From the NCBI GenBank assembly GCA_964610875.1, contig CAZSWP010000005.1:37728-101727 (forward strand): a stretch of 64,000 bases of DNA, read 5' to 3'. The notes under the pieces were generated by a model, which saw only the letters and a list, made by a program, of their open reading frames with translations, made no database searches and had not been told where the DNA came from. Of this stretch, positions 19,464-28,803 are shown piece after piece (the first letter of the stretch is position 1; every line of letters begins with the position of its first letter). The stretch comes from an uncultured archaeon. Lineage in GTDB: Archaea; Asgardarchaeota; Thorarchaeia; Thorarchaeales; Thorarchaeaceae. The translations under genes and the position numbers were made by a program.

Positions 19464-20369
19464 GGAGCCCAACCAATGACACTTATGAGCAGCGAAGAGA
19501 TCACAAGAGCCTTCTTTGATGGAGCGGATGATGATACTCTGAATGTTGAGCCAATCCACATGCGAGCATTGATCGAGAAGTGTGATGCATACATCTTCAT
19601 CCGATCACCTATGAACATCACAGCCTTAGCGAATGTCGATCCAAAGAAGATACTATTGCAGAACAAAGCGAATCAGGAGATTCAGGCAATCCGATTATCA
19701 AAGAAATGGTGCTTGACAGTACATCCATGTCTTACACTTGCCCAGCAAGCAAACATGAGTATGGACGAATACCAGAACTTCGTCTACGGAGCGACACTAA
19801 ACGATTGGAAGGAAGAAAGCAAGAATTTGTATTTGATGAAAGAGCATCTAGAAAGACACAATGACATTCGATTCATTGGTCCTGAAACGGATCTTTACGC
19901 GAAGACTGAAGGAAGAATATGGATTGCTTCAGATGGAAAGCATAACCTTCCTAGTGGGGAAGTTTTCACAGCACCAATCGAGGATTCTGTCGAGGGTAAG
20001 ATATACTTCGACATTCCATTCCTCCAGCAGGGAAAGGTCATTGAAGGGGTCAGATTGACCTTTGAGAAGGGAGAAGTAGTAGACTTCTCATCAGAGAAAT
20101 CAGAGGAAACCCTCAAGTCAATAATAGACACTGATGATGGTTCTCCTAGGCTTGGAGAGATGGCTATCGGCACTAATCGAGGCATCAAGCAATATACACT
20201 CAACATGCTCTTTGATGAGAAGATTGGCGATACCATTCATTGTGCACTAGGAAGGGCTTACAAGGACTGCAATGGAGTGAATGACTCAGCTATACATGTA
20301 GACATGATAAAGACAATGTTCGATGGCGAGGTTATCGCTGGCGACGAAACCATATATTCGAAGGGTTGA
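19464..20369 (+). pseudogene. M29 aminopeptidase (AmpT/PepS family), 5'-truncated
   Basis: NLPSGEVFTAP, LGEMAIGTN, LFDEKIGDTIHCALG, SAIHVDM; begins at the internal GAQP motif with an in-frame TAG at 19452, so the N-terminal part is missing. Confidence 0.7.
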
Positions 20370-20371
20370 TA

Positions 20372-20540
20372 ACTGATTCGCCCATTGTATTTCTTTGCGA
20401 TTCTAACACTCTGAGTTATACCAATACCACCAAATCTCCTCTCAGAATCGAAAAGGCCACCCACAAGATGAGATGGAATGTCAGGACCGTTGTCAGCAAT
20501 TGAAATGAAAAACTCGTTTTCGTTGCAACTGAGTAACCGA
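20372..20540 (-). pseudogene. Orphan fragment of a histidine-kinase HATPase_c domain
   Basis: Minus strand reads FFISIADNGPDIPSHLVGGLFDSERRFGGIGITQSVRIAKKYNGRI (G1, F and G2 boxes) with no N-terminal part. Confidence 0.7.
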
Positions 20541-20577
20541 TTAAAAAGCCAAAGATCGCCTTTGCCACATATATATT

Positions 20578-21495
20578 TTAGTTACTAGACGAAGCCAAAA
20601 TCCAGAAGAAAAGACCACCAAGAATCCAGACAAATAGGCCTGCACCTAGTACAACACCTAGAGTTGCACCTATTCCAGAAGAACCAAGATTCACATGCAT
20701 GTTGGTGAATCGTTTAAAGCCACCAATATATTTAGTTTCATAATCACAGTGGAATTCTTTATCGGTAACAGCCCCGCATATTTCGCAAACAAACTTATTC
20801 TGGAAGACTGCACCAAGAAGACTGTCCATATTGCATCCAATGAAAGCAGTCAGAACGGATAGTGGAAAAATCAGTAGTAATTGATCAAAGGTGAATACCG
20901 GAATCCATCCAGGAGCAAGGAAAGCAAAGAAAAGGCATATAAAACCTACAATTGTACCAGCTAGAATTGCCACACCCTCACCCAATAGAGAAACCGCACC
21001 TATTGTACCTCTAGGAACTTTTCTCCTCAGATTTGTAATGAGACGAGGCTTCCGACTACTAAACACTCCAACCTCACTTGCTAGAGTATCAGCAGCTGTA
21101 GTTGCTACAGCACCAACGTAAGCAGCAAACATAGCAAAAGGATAGAATGGATCTGTTGTTAGCTGTTGAGATACAAAAATCCCAATTGAGAAAATCATTG
21201 GTATTATCCCACTGCCAAAAACATTCTTCCATGAACGTTTACCTTTCCCTTCTTGAGCAACATTGCGTTTCAATTTGGCCTTGTACTTGTATTTGGTTGC
21301 TAACCCCGCACTAACAAAGAAGAATAGAAGCAATGTGAAAGCAGCCACTCCACCTGTATACCAAACAGTAAATCCCACAACGAAAGCACCGATTAGTCCT
21401 GAAACGTCAACAAATCTAAGCCTATAAGTCAATGCACCAATGAAAGCCATGACAATTAGTCCCGACACTACAGGGTGCGTTAGCAGTTCAAACAT
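20578..21495 (-). CDS. DUF92/TMEM19-family membrane protein
   Basis: RSWKNVFG, ADTLASEVG, PRLIT, GAVSLLG, DSLLGA; CEICG...HC zinc-ribbon insert. Confidence 0.88.
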   Translation of the reverse strand: MFELLTHPVVSGLIVMAFIGALTYRLRFVDVSGLIGAFVVGFTVWYTGGVAAFTLLLFFFVSAGLATKYKYKAKLKRNVAQEGKGKRSWKNVFGSGIIPMIFSIGIFVSQQLTTDPFYPFAMFAAYVGAVATTAADTLASEVGVFSSRKPRLITNLRRKVPRGTIGAVSLLGEGVAILAGTIVGFICLFFAFLAPGWIPVFTFDQLLLIFPLSVLTAFIGCNMDSLLGAVFQNKFVCEICGAVTDKEFHCDYETKYIGGFKRFTNMHVNLGSSGIGATLGVVLGAGLFVWILGGLFFWILASSSN

Positions 21496-21785
21496 CTCGT
21501 TTACTTCCTCTTCGTTTCTAGTAGTATCTCGGGCGAGGTTTGTTCGAGGGGACTCGCCATTGTTCTATGAGCATATATTATATAATAGTCAAATGCTCCG
21601 ATTATATTAGCATCCGGTTTCTGCCCCTATTATACCTTTGCAATGAACTGTATAATATGTCGAATTGTATTTCGCCAATTTTGATACTTTTTGGTCAAAC
21701 AATGGTTCTTATGCAGTCTTTTTTGCGCATTTCAAGAGATATGAGAGTTATATGATTGTAGAATAATCTCTACAAGTAAATAATG

Positions 21786-24700
21786 CTAATAAACTGTAAA
21801 TTGTTTCCGAATTTGTTCAACAGCCCGTTCAGGAAGCAGTTTCTCACGATGTTCTATACCAGCTTCAAGATAATATGCAGTCACCATATCGACAGAAGGG
21901 GTTGTCCAAGGGAGAGATACTTCTATAGGCTTGTTATCTTCAAATGACAAAGCAGTTTCAAATTGCTTGACCAGATCTCGTCTTGATAAAACTCTAACAA
22001 GTAATACTATGTCTTCAATATTTGCAATCAAAGGTGTAATAACTGCTGAAATTTTTACAGGAGTAATTCTTGGTACTAATCCAGGTACTTCAGAACCGTC
22101 ATTTCTTAGAAGAGCAACTCTAATTGAAAAGATAGGTTCATCAATAGACTTTATTTTGATGCGTACACTGTTCTTGGCAATCTTGCCATTTATGGCAATG
22201 GTTGCAGTCAAATGGGCGGTACTCAATTCAGCAGAAAGGGGTATTTTGAAATCAACTGGATAAATTGCAGAATCATTTACTGGAATCACAGCATCTATTC
22301 GACTTACTAAATCATTTCCAGTGGGGGTTTCTAAATGCACATTGAGCTTGCCACGGATTCTTTCTTTAGTGATGTTAGAAATATGTATGGCCGCATGCAA
22401 TGATTCGTTTGGAGAAGCGAACTTAGGAACACCAGTAATTGCAATCCTAGCTTTTTCATCAATTGGTGTTTCTGTGAGGGAGATAGTCTTTGTTCTTATG
22501 TCGAGTGTGTTGCCTTGATATATTAGAGATCCCCTTAGAACAACAGATGTTTGGTTGATATTACTCGGAATTGGGATTTGAAGAGGGCCATATGCAACCG
22601 ATAGATTTCTACTTGCTTTGATTTCCTGCTTAAGTGCAGTAATCTCCTGTCCGTCTGGAAAAACAAATGATAAGTTTAGATGAATTGGTCCACCATATTC
22701 AGTATTCCGTCGAATTCTCAACCATCCGGATATACTTCCTCCAAGATTTGCCTTTAGTGGTGCCTTAAGCGAATCAATCGTCGCACGAACACCTACTCTT
22801 TCTATTGAGAACTTACTCGATTCAGCTGCTGTAATTAATTCTCCATTACTAACTAGTTCAGTACGAATCACTCCAGTCCTATCAGCTGTTGTTCTTACAG
22901 TGAGATCGGGAACAGTCCATTGAAACCCGATGGAACCTGAGAGAAGTGCAGCAAGTTTGAACGCTGAAATCTCAATTCTTTCATTTGAATCACTAACATA
23001 TAACACCTTGACTAGACTATCTTCTTTAATTGAGGAGCCACGCGTTCTTATTCCAACTTCTCCACTTAGAATACTCCCAGGAGATATACTAGTTCTTAGT
23101 GGAGCGCGTAATAGCAGCTGCGGGCCTTGACTCACATAACCGATGTAGAAGGGTCTGGATGTTCCTAGTGTTACTTCTTTATTCTTGTCATCAATAATGT
23201 TTAATGTTATTAGACATCTTTCAACTCCCTGAGTGTCCGCTGAAGGTATAATCAATGACGGAAAACTGGTTTCATCAAAAATTAAAGGAGAACTACCAGA
23301 CACTTTTAATTCTGATTCAGAGGATGCAAGTAGCATTTCCGTTCCTGGAACATATACAGAAATTTTTGCATTGAGTCGAGTTTCACGAGGATAATTTGTA
23401 TCAATTTCCCCATTGTACAAAACGGGAGATTTACCATCCACAAACTGTGTTGTTGTCCTGGGTCTGATTGTAGCCCGAATCCAGAAAGTATTGATTGTAT
23501 TGCTGAGTTTGATTGATTTGCCGGCTATAATAATCTCAACAAAAATATTGTACGCAGATACATCCTTCTGGGTCTCAAAGGAAACAGACTTTACAAATAT
23601 CTCACCAGGCTCCACCTCGGGTATTGATACAACATTGTGCTCAATCAAATGTCTACTAGAATCTTCAACTCGATAGCTAACAGACAGATTTGTTGCAGAA
23701 CGCTCTAGAGCATTCTTGATTGATATTAGAAATTGTGCTTCTTGACCAGCAAACACTCGCTCTGTCTCTGTTACAATTTCCGGTTCTATTCCTTTCCACC
23801 AGCAAAGCCATGTTGGTAAATTTGGTGTGCCTTCCAACGGATCATAAAGCCAGTTTGTACAACACTCACGTGTAATGGATTCTAATTCCTTCATTAGAAC
23901 TACCATATTCATATCCGATCGAGCATATACTTGTAATTGAAAATCTGCACCTGTTGTTCGAGGTTTAACAAACTCGCTACCAAAAACTGACAAAAGCAAC
24001 GGCTGTAGGAAAGCATTCTCAATGGCTTCTAGTTCTTCCAACTCATCACGAATGAAAAACAACATTGATGCAACCGCATCTGCGAGAAATCGATTTCGAA
24101 GTTTCTTATTATAAGTGCCGTCATCAAGTAATTGCATATTGTATGAATTTCCAAATTCATCAGATTCAGTAGTATCAGTTGGTCTGAAAGGACCCCAAAG
24201 ACCAGCTTCAATAGCTGCTTCACGATTTGCAGCTAGAATCTTAGCCCCTACATCAATCACTCTCTCTCCATTTTCCAACATCTTTTTTGTTTTCAGTGCC
24301 AGTGCTTGAAGTAGTATAGCCAACCCAATCCGACGAGGGACAGAGAGTTGGGTGTCAAAGATTCTAAGTTCAATCGTTCCATAATCAGTGAATGGGTAGA
24401 TATCTACCATTCTCGGAGGGCTTCTATTCACATGTCTCGCAAATAGCTCTTTATCTGCAGTTTCAAGGAATGGTATAAGCTCGAATTCATTTGTTGGACC
24501 CATTTGTGTTGTATTTTTTGTCAAACGAATTGATCTCTTACACCTAGGAGCTCTGACATTCCCGTTTTCATCAATGTACACTTGGTCAGTTGGTGCTTTA
24601 TTTTCAAAGGGAGAATTTACTGAAAGCGCGATTAGATGAGGCATGAAGTTTCTGAACATATTATAAACTGCAATACGGAGCCCATCACTGGTGTCAGGAC

Positions 24701-25211
24701 CCAAAATATGATGATGCTCACCAAATGAAAGATTCTTCAAATAGTCTTGTGTTGGATTCAGACCAGTTGATACTAGAATAACTTTGGATTCTCTAGGAAT
24801 CGAATCATAAGAGATCGCTACAAGCGTTTGTACCCACCATGCAAGTTCTTCCAAGGTCGTACATGGAGGTGTCGCAATCTCAAGAATCCAAGTCAAACTT
24901 GTGACATTGGGATCATGTCCAATCAATGTATACTCGCGAACTTTCCCCCCTGGGTCTTCATAGCTTGCAACAACGCGAGAACCTCTTTCACCTTCTTCCG
25001 TCTGAGATGAATGCTTGTATTTCGTCCTTACTGACTTTATATCGGTGTCACGTATCCTCTTATCCAGTAGACTTTTGGCACTGGAAACCAACCTATCAAA
25101 TACTTCAAGTACGTCATCACCCCTAAGCCAAGTACCATCCTTTCTAATAACTTGGAGCTCTACTTCTATACCATGTGGAAATGGCAACTCCAACTCATTT
25201 TGTTCAGCCAT
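21786..25211 (-). CDS. GCS2-family (glutamate-cysteine ligase-like) carboxylate-amine ligase fused to multiple Ig-like beta domains
   Basis: HGIEVELQV, LEIATPP, GEHHHI, HLIALSVNSPF, TIELRIFD in the N-terminal ~450 aa; ~650 aa of beta-rich repeats follow. Confidence 0.78.
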   Translation of the reverse strand: MAEQNELELPFPHGIEVELQVIRKDGTWLRGDDVLEVFDRLVSSAKSLLDKRIRDTDIKSVRTKYKHSSQTEEGERGSRVVASYEDPGGKVREYTLIGHDPNVTSLTWILEIATPPCTTLEELAWWVQTLVAISYDSIPRESKVILVSTGLNPTQDYLKNLSFGEHHHILGPDTSDGLRIAVYNMFRNFMPHLIALSVNSPFENKAPTDQVYIDENGNVRAPRCKRSIRLTKNTTQMGPTNEFELIPFLETADKELFARHVNRSPPRMVDIYPFTDYGTIELRIFDTQLSVPRRIGLAILLQALALKTKKMLENGERVIDVGAKILAANREAAIEAGLWGPFRPTDTTESDEFGNSYNMQLLDDGTYNKKLRNRFLADAVASMLFFIRDELEELEAIENAFLQPLLLSVFGSEFVKPRTTGADFQLQVYARSDMNMVVLMKELESITRECCTNWLYDPLEGTPNLPTWLCWWKGIEPEIVTETERVFAGQEAQFLISIKNALERSATNLSVSYRVEDSSRHLIEHNVVSIPEVEPGEIFVKSVSFETQKDVSAYNIFVEIIIAGKSIKLSNTINTFWIRATIRPRTTTQFVDGKSPVLYNGEIDTNYPRETRLNAKISVYVPGTEMLLASSESELKVSGSSPLIFDETSFPSLIIPSADTQGVERCLITLNIIDDKNKEVTLGTSRPFYIGYVSQGPQLLLRAPLRTSISPGSILSGEVGIRTRGSSIKEDSLVKVLYVSDSNERIEISAFKLAALLSGSIGFQWTVPDLTVRTTADRTGVIRTELVSNGELITAAESSKFSIERVGVRATIDSLKAPLKANLGGSISGWLRIRRNTEYGGPIHLNLSFVFPDGQEITALKQEIKASRNLSVAYGPLQIPIPSNINQTSVVLRGSLIYQGNTLDIRTKTISLTETPIDEKARIAITGVPKFASPNESLHAAIHISNITKERIRGKLNVHLETPTGNDLVSRIDAVIPVNDSAIYPVDFKIPLSAELSTAHLTATIAINGKIAKNSVRIKIKSIDEPIFSIRVALLRNDGSEVPGLVPRITPVKISAVITPLIANIEDIVLLVRVLSRRDLVKQFETALSFEDNKPIEVSLPWTTPSVDMVTAYYLEAGIEHREKLLPERAVEQIRKQFTVY

Positions 25212-25890
25212 TCTTTCTCACCACACGGTCAATAATAACACGAAGTATTTCTGCTAGTAGTCCATTATTGAGTATTGTTTCCTGAATAGTAATTTCATAT
25301 GCAAACACATAGTCCAGTGATTTCAAAGACTCCAAAATGGAGAAGACAAGTGGACCACCACCATAGAGATATCGATCTTCCAAAACATGCATGCCTTTTG
25401 ACTCTAAATCTTTTCGAATCGATTTCAGGAGATCACCAGTATCTCTGAAATATCGTTTTCCAAAAATAACCGTCTTTGCGAGTGTGAAAGGTCTGCCAAG
25501 AGGGAACACTTTGAGATTTAGAAACACCAATCCTGAAGATATTTTTTTAGCTCTGGTTTGAATGAGGTCCTGAATCATACTACAGATATTTTTTGGTTCG
25601 GATGTGTCTTTCACTTCAATCAAGGTTGGTTGATTTTTGGGAGAAAGACTATCAACGAACCTACGAATCTCTTTGGATTCTATAATATTAGTAGTAGCAC
25701 AAACCACCATATTACCAGACCCTTGATTGAGTAGTTCGTATCCATCCTTCTCGATACATTTCAAGGCATCATCAGTTGAGTCCACCAACTCATGTAATCG
25801 AGTTACAACTTCATCAACTTTATGTAATACTGCTTGGGTCTTATGCAATTCATTGAGAAAGGATTCTTGCGGCAAACCATAGACCCTCAT
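25204..25890 (-). CDS. Hypothetical protein, overlapping and probably translationally coupled to the GCS2-Ig gene
   Basis: 228-aa ORF; 8-bp overlap with the downstream start. Confidence 0.65.
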   Translation of the reverse strand: MRVYGLPQESFLNELHKTQAVLHKVDEVVTRLHELVDSTDDALKCIEKDGYELLNQGSGNMVVCATTNIIESKEIRRFVDSLSPKNQPTLIEVKDTSEPKNICSMIQDLIQTRAKKISSGLVFLNLKVFPLGRPFTLAKTVIFGKRYFRDTGDLLKSIRKDLESKGMHVLEDRYLYGGGPLVFSILESLKSLDYVFAYEITIQETILNNGLLAEILRVIIDRVVRKNG

Positions 25891-25973
25891 TCAGATTATC
25901 ATTATGAAGTCAGTCGAATGAAACGTTATTATCTTTGCTAGCGGTATAACGTGAAGAACTTGAAACGTGCGAG

Positions 25974-26411
25974 TCATTGTGATGAAACAAGCTTGAACAC
26001 ATGCTCAACCTTTTGGCTGATTTCTCTTAGACGGTACCAAACAGATTCGCGACCTGAACGTTCAGCAAGCCGGTCCACAATCATTGTGAAATCAAATTGA
26101 GCAAGATCCTTTAACAATACTAATGCTTTATCATCAGTGAAATGAGATTCATTTACTCGACTGTCATTGAATCTTCTGACTAGGGGAGCTAGAGCCTTTT
26201 CTGCAGAATCTACTTCAATCAACGCTTCCCTGTATTTTTTCTTAGGGTCTTGCATTGCATAACCACCTACCAAGGGAGACATTCCTGCACCAATATTACC
26301 ACGACCAATTTCATCAAGTGAATCCATAGCATTTTGAAAGTGGTCGAAAGAATCTGAAAGACACTTTTTGATAGCTCGAAGTATTCTTGGACGGTCAGAT
26401 ACTTCAGTCAT
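25974..26411 (-). CDS. Hypothetical helical protein
   Basis: 145-aa ORF with GAGGGGA upstream. Confidence 0.65.
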   Translation of the reverse strand: MTEVSDRPRILRAIKKCLSDSFDHFQNAMDSLDEIGRGNIGAGMSPLVGGYAMQDPKKKYREALIEVDSAEKALAPLVRRFNDSRVNESHFTDDKALVLLKDLAQFDFTMIVDRLAERSGRESVWYRLREISQKVEHVFKLVSSQ

Positions 26412-26450
26412 GGATTCCCCTCATATTTGTCACATAAAAAGAATAAGAAC

Positions 26451-26469
26451 TGGGCGGATAATCCGCCCA
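26451..26469 (-). terminator. Stem-loop plus T-tract downstream of oppF
   Basis: TGGGCGGA-TAA-TCCGCCCA, then TTCTTATTCTTTTT on the minus strand. Confidence 0.65.
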
Positions 26470-26479
26470 TTGAACTTTT

Positions 26480-27544
26480 CTACATTGGAGGTGCGTCGCC
26501 AAGCTCACCAGCAAAGTGACAAGCAACATAATGACCATCACCCATATCTCTGTCTTCGGGAATCTCCCGGACACAAATCTCCTGTGCGTATGGACATCGT
26601 GGATGGAACCTGCACCCAGGAGGTACGTTGATAGGGCTCGGTGGTTCACCTTTGAGTGACTCAACTCGTCGCTTTACTGTTGGGTCGCCAGATGGTACTG
26701 CAGAGATTAGAGCTCGTGTATAGGGATGGTACGGGTTAAATGCAACCTCATGAGCTGGACCAATCTCCATGATTTTTCCAAGATACATGATAGCAATTCT
26801 GTCAGCAATGTATGTAGCAACTGCAAGGTCATGTGTGATGAACATATATGTTAGTCCAAGTTCTTCTCTAAGTTGTAGTAGAAGATTAAGAATCTCTGCA
26901 CGAATAGATACATCAAGCATTGATACCGGCTCGTCAGCCACCATAAATTCAGGATGTAGAATAAGTGCCCTTGCAACTGATATTCTCTGACGTTGACCAC
27001 CTGATAGTTCATGTGGATAACGGTCAATATAATCCTCAGCAGGTGTGAGTGCAACGCTTTCAAGCGCTTCAAGTACACGCTCTCTCCGCTGACTTGGAGT
27101 GAGAGGTATTCTATGCACCGTGATTGGTTCCTCTACAATACTAGCAATACTCTGTTTGGGGTTGAGTGATTCATATGGATCTTGAAAAGTGATTTGCATT
27201 CTCTTCCTGAGCTCCTTGAGTTCGTTTCTATCAAGGTTAGACAAATCCAGTCCAGCATATACAACCTGTCCATCAGTAGGGATTTCCAAGTGAATGACAC
27301 AACGTCCGGTAGTTGTCTTCCCACAGCCAGATTCACCTGCAAGCACGAGGACCTCTCCTTTGTATATATCAAAAGATACACCGTCAACAGCTTTCACAAA
27401 CAATTCCTGTTTGTATAGCAATGATGAGAGAAATCCCGTATTAACGGGGAACCATTTTCTCATGTTTCTTACTTGAATGAGTGGTTCTCCAGCCCTGATA
27501 TGTGAGGACTGTTCAAGTACTTCGCTTCTATCTTCAATTGTCAT
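26480..27544 (-). CDS. oppF: Oligopeptide ABC ATPase OppF/DppF
   Basis: [39 protein letters not shown]. Confidence 0.95.
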   Translation of the reverse strand: MTIEDRSEVLEQSSHIRAGEPLIQVRNMRKWFPVNTGFLSSLLYKQELFVKAVDGVSFDIYKGEVLVLAGESGCGKTTTGRCVIHLEIPTDGQVVYAGLDLSNLDRNELKELRKRMQITFQDPYESLNPKQSIASIVEEPITVHRIPLTPSQRRERVLEALESVALTPAEDYIDRYPHELSGGQRQRISVARALILHPEFMVADEPVSMLDVSIRAEILNLLLQLREELGLTYMFITHDLAVATYIADRIAIMYLGKIMEIGPAHEVAFNPYHPYTRALISAVPSGDPTVKRRVESLKGEPPSPINVPPGCRFHPRCPYAQEICVREIPEDRDMGDGHYVACHFAGELGDAPPM

Positions 27545-27556
27545 TTCTTTGTCCTC

Positions 27557-28549
27557 CTAATCAAGATCGACGGTCAGTTCGCCTCTGAGCTGCTCGTGGA
27601 AGTGACATGCCACATATCTGCCGGGTTCAACCTCATCAAACGATGGCTCCTCACGAGAACAAATCTCTTGTGCATACGGACATCGCGGATGAAACCTGCA
27701 TCCAGTTGGCGGGTCAATCAAATCCGGAGGTGAGCCAGGAATGGAAGTCAATTTCTTCATTTCTGCTTTCACCATGCTTGGAATAGCACCAACGAGACCG
27801 GTAGCATATGGGTGAATTGGTTCCTTGAATACAGATACAACATCTGCAAGTTCTGCAATCCTACCCGCATACATAATTGCGGTCTTATCACAAGTTTCTG
27901 CAATAACACTCAGGTCGTGTGTGATCAGAATGAGAGATAATCCTAGGTCTTTCTGAAGTTTCTGCATCAGTTTGAGAATCTGAGCTTGGATTGTAACGTC
28001 CAATGCTGTTGTTGGTTCGTCTGCAATCACAAGGTCAGGATTACATGCAAGAGCCATAGCAATCATAGCTCGCTGACGCATACCACCTGAGAACTCGTGT
28101 GGATAGTTATGTATTCTCCCAGGGTCTAAACCGACCATTTCAAAGAGTTTGGCACATCTATCCAGAGCTTCTTCTTCAGTCACGTTTTCGTGCATGAGGA
28201 TAGCCTCTGCAATTTGTTCGCCAATCTCAAAGACTGGGTTCAATGCGTTCATAGCACCTTGGAAGATGATTGCTACATTCTTCCAGCGTATGTCACGCAT
28301 CTCTTTTGATGTCTTCTTCAGAAGGTCGTCACCTTTGAAGTAAATATTACCACCAACAATATTGGCTGCAGGGGGCAGGAGCTGCATAATTGAATATGCA
28401 AGACTGCTCTTACCACAACCGGATTCGCCTGCAAGACCTATCGACTCACCTGATTCAAGATCAAGCGATACATTGTCGACGGCTTTGACAAGCCCTTTTT
28501 GTGTCGTGTAATACATCCTTAGCGCTCTAATATCAAGTAGGCTAGTCAT
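27557..28549 (-). CDS. oppD: Oligopeptide ABC ATPase OppD/DppD
   Basis: [39 protein letters not shown]; start at MTSLL. Confidence 0.95.
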   Translation of the reverse strand: MTSLLDIRALRMYYTTQKGLVKAVDNVSLDLESGESIGLAGESGCGKSSLAYSIMQLLPPAANIVGGNIYFKGDDLLKKTSKEMRDIRWKNVAIIFQGAMNALNPVFEIGEQIAEAILMHENVTEEEALDRCAKLFEMVGLDPGRIHNYPHEFSGGMRQRAMIAMALACNPDLVIADEPTTALDVTIQAQILKLMQKLQKDLGLSLILITHDLSVIAETCDKTAIMYAGRIAELADVVSVFKEPIHPYATGLVGAIPSMVKAEMKKLTSIPGSPPDLIDPPTGCRFHPRCPYAQEICSREEPSFDEVEPGRYVACHFHEQLRGELTVDLD

Positions 28550-28803
28550 GTTCGTACACCCCAATTTAAACAAGAGCTAATGCTGAGCATGAGTCTGCAC
28601 CGTCTATATACGAAGCCTGCTGACGTTGCACTTCTTAAATACCTAACGGCAGGAGCACGTCAGTGGCTTTTGTGTGATTGATGAGTCCAAGATTTAATAG
28701 TATTAAAGTTTCTCAGACCAAGCAATATTCTAGATTCATAGACACTATGCATAAATTCATTCTCTTCTAGGAAGATTCAATGATTTTAGGGGTCGAATAC
28801 TGA

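Noticed and set aside
19372-19479. Programmed frameshift joining the short ORF to the aminopeptidase
   Set aside because: The short ORF does not resemble an M29 N-terminus and no slippery sequence is evident
21786-25211. Calling the ligase a true PafA / pupylation system
   Set aside because: Motifs are GCS2-like and no small protein ending in GGE/GGQ is visible nearby
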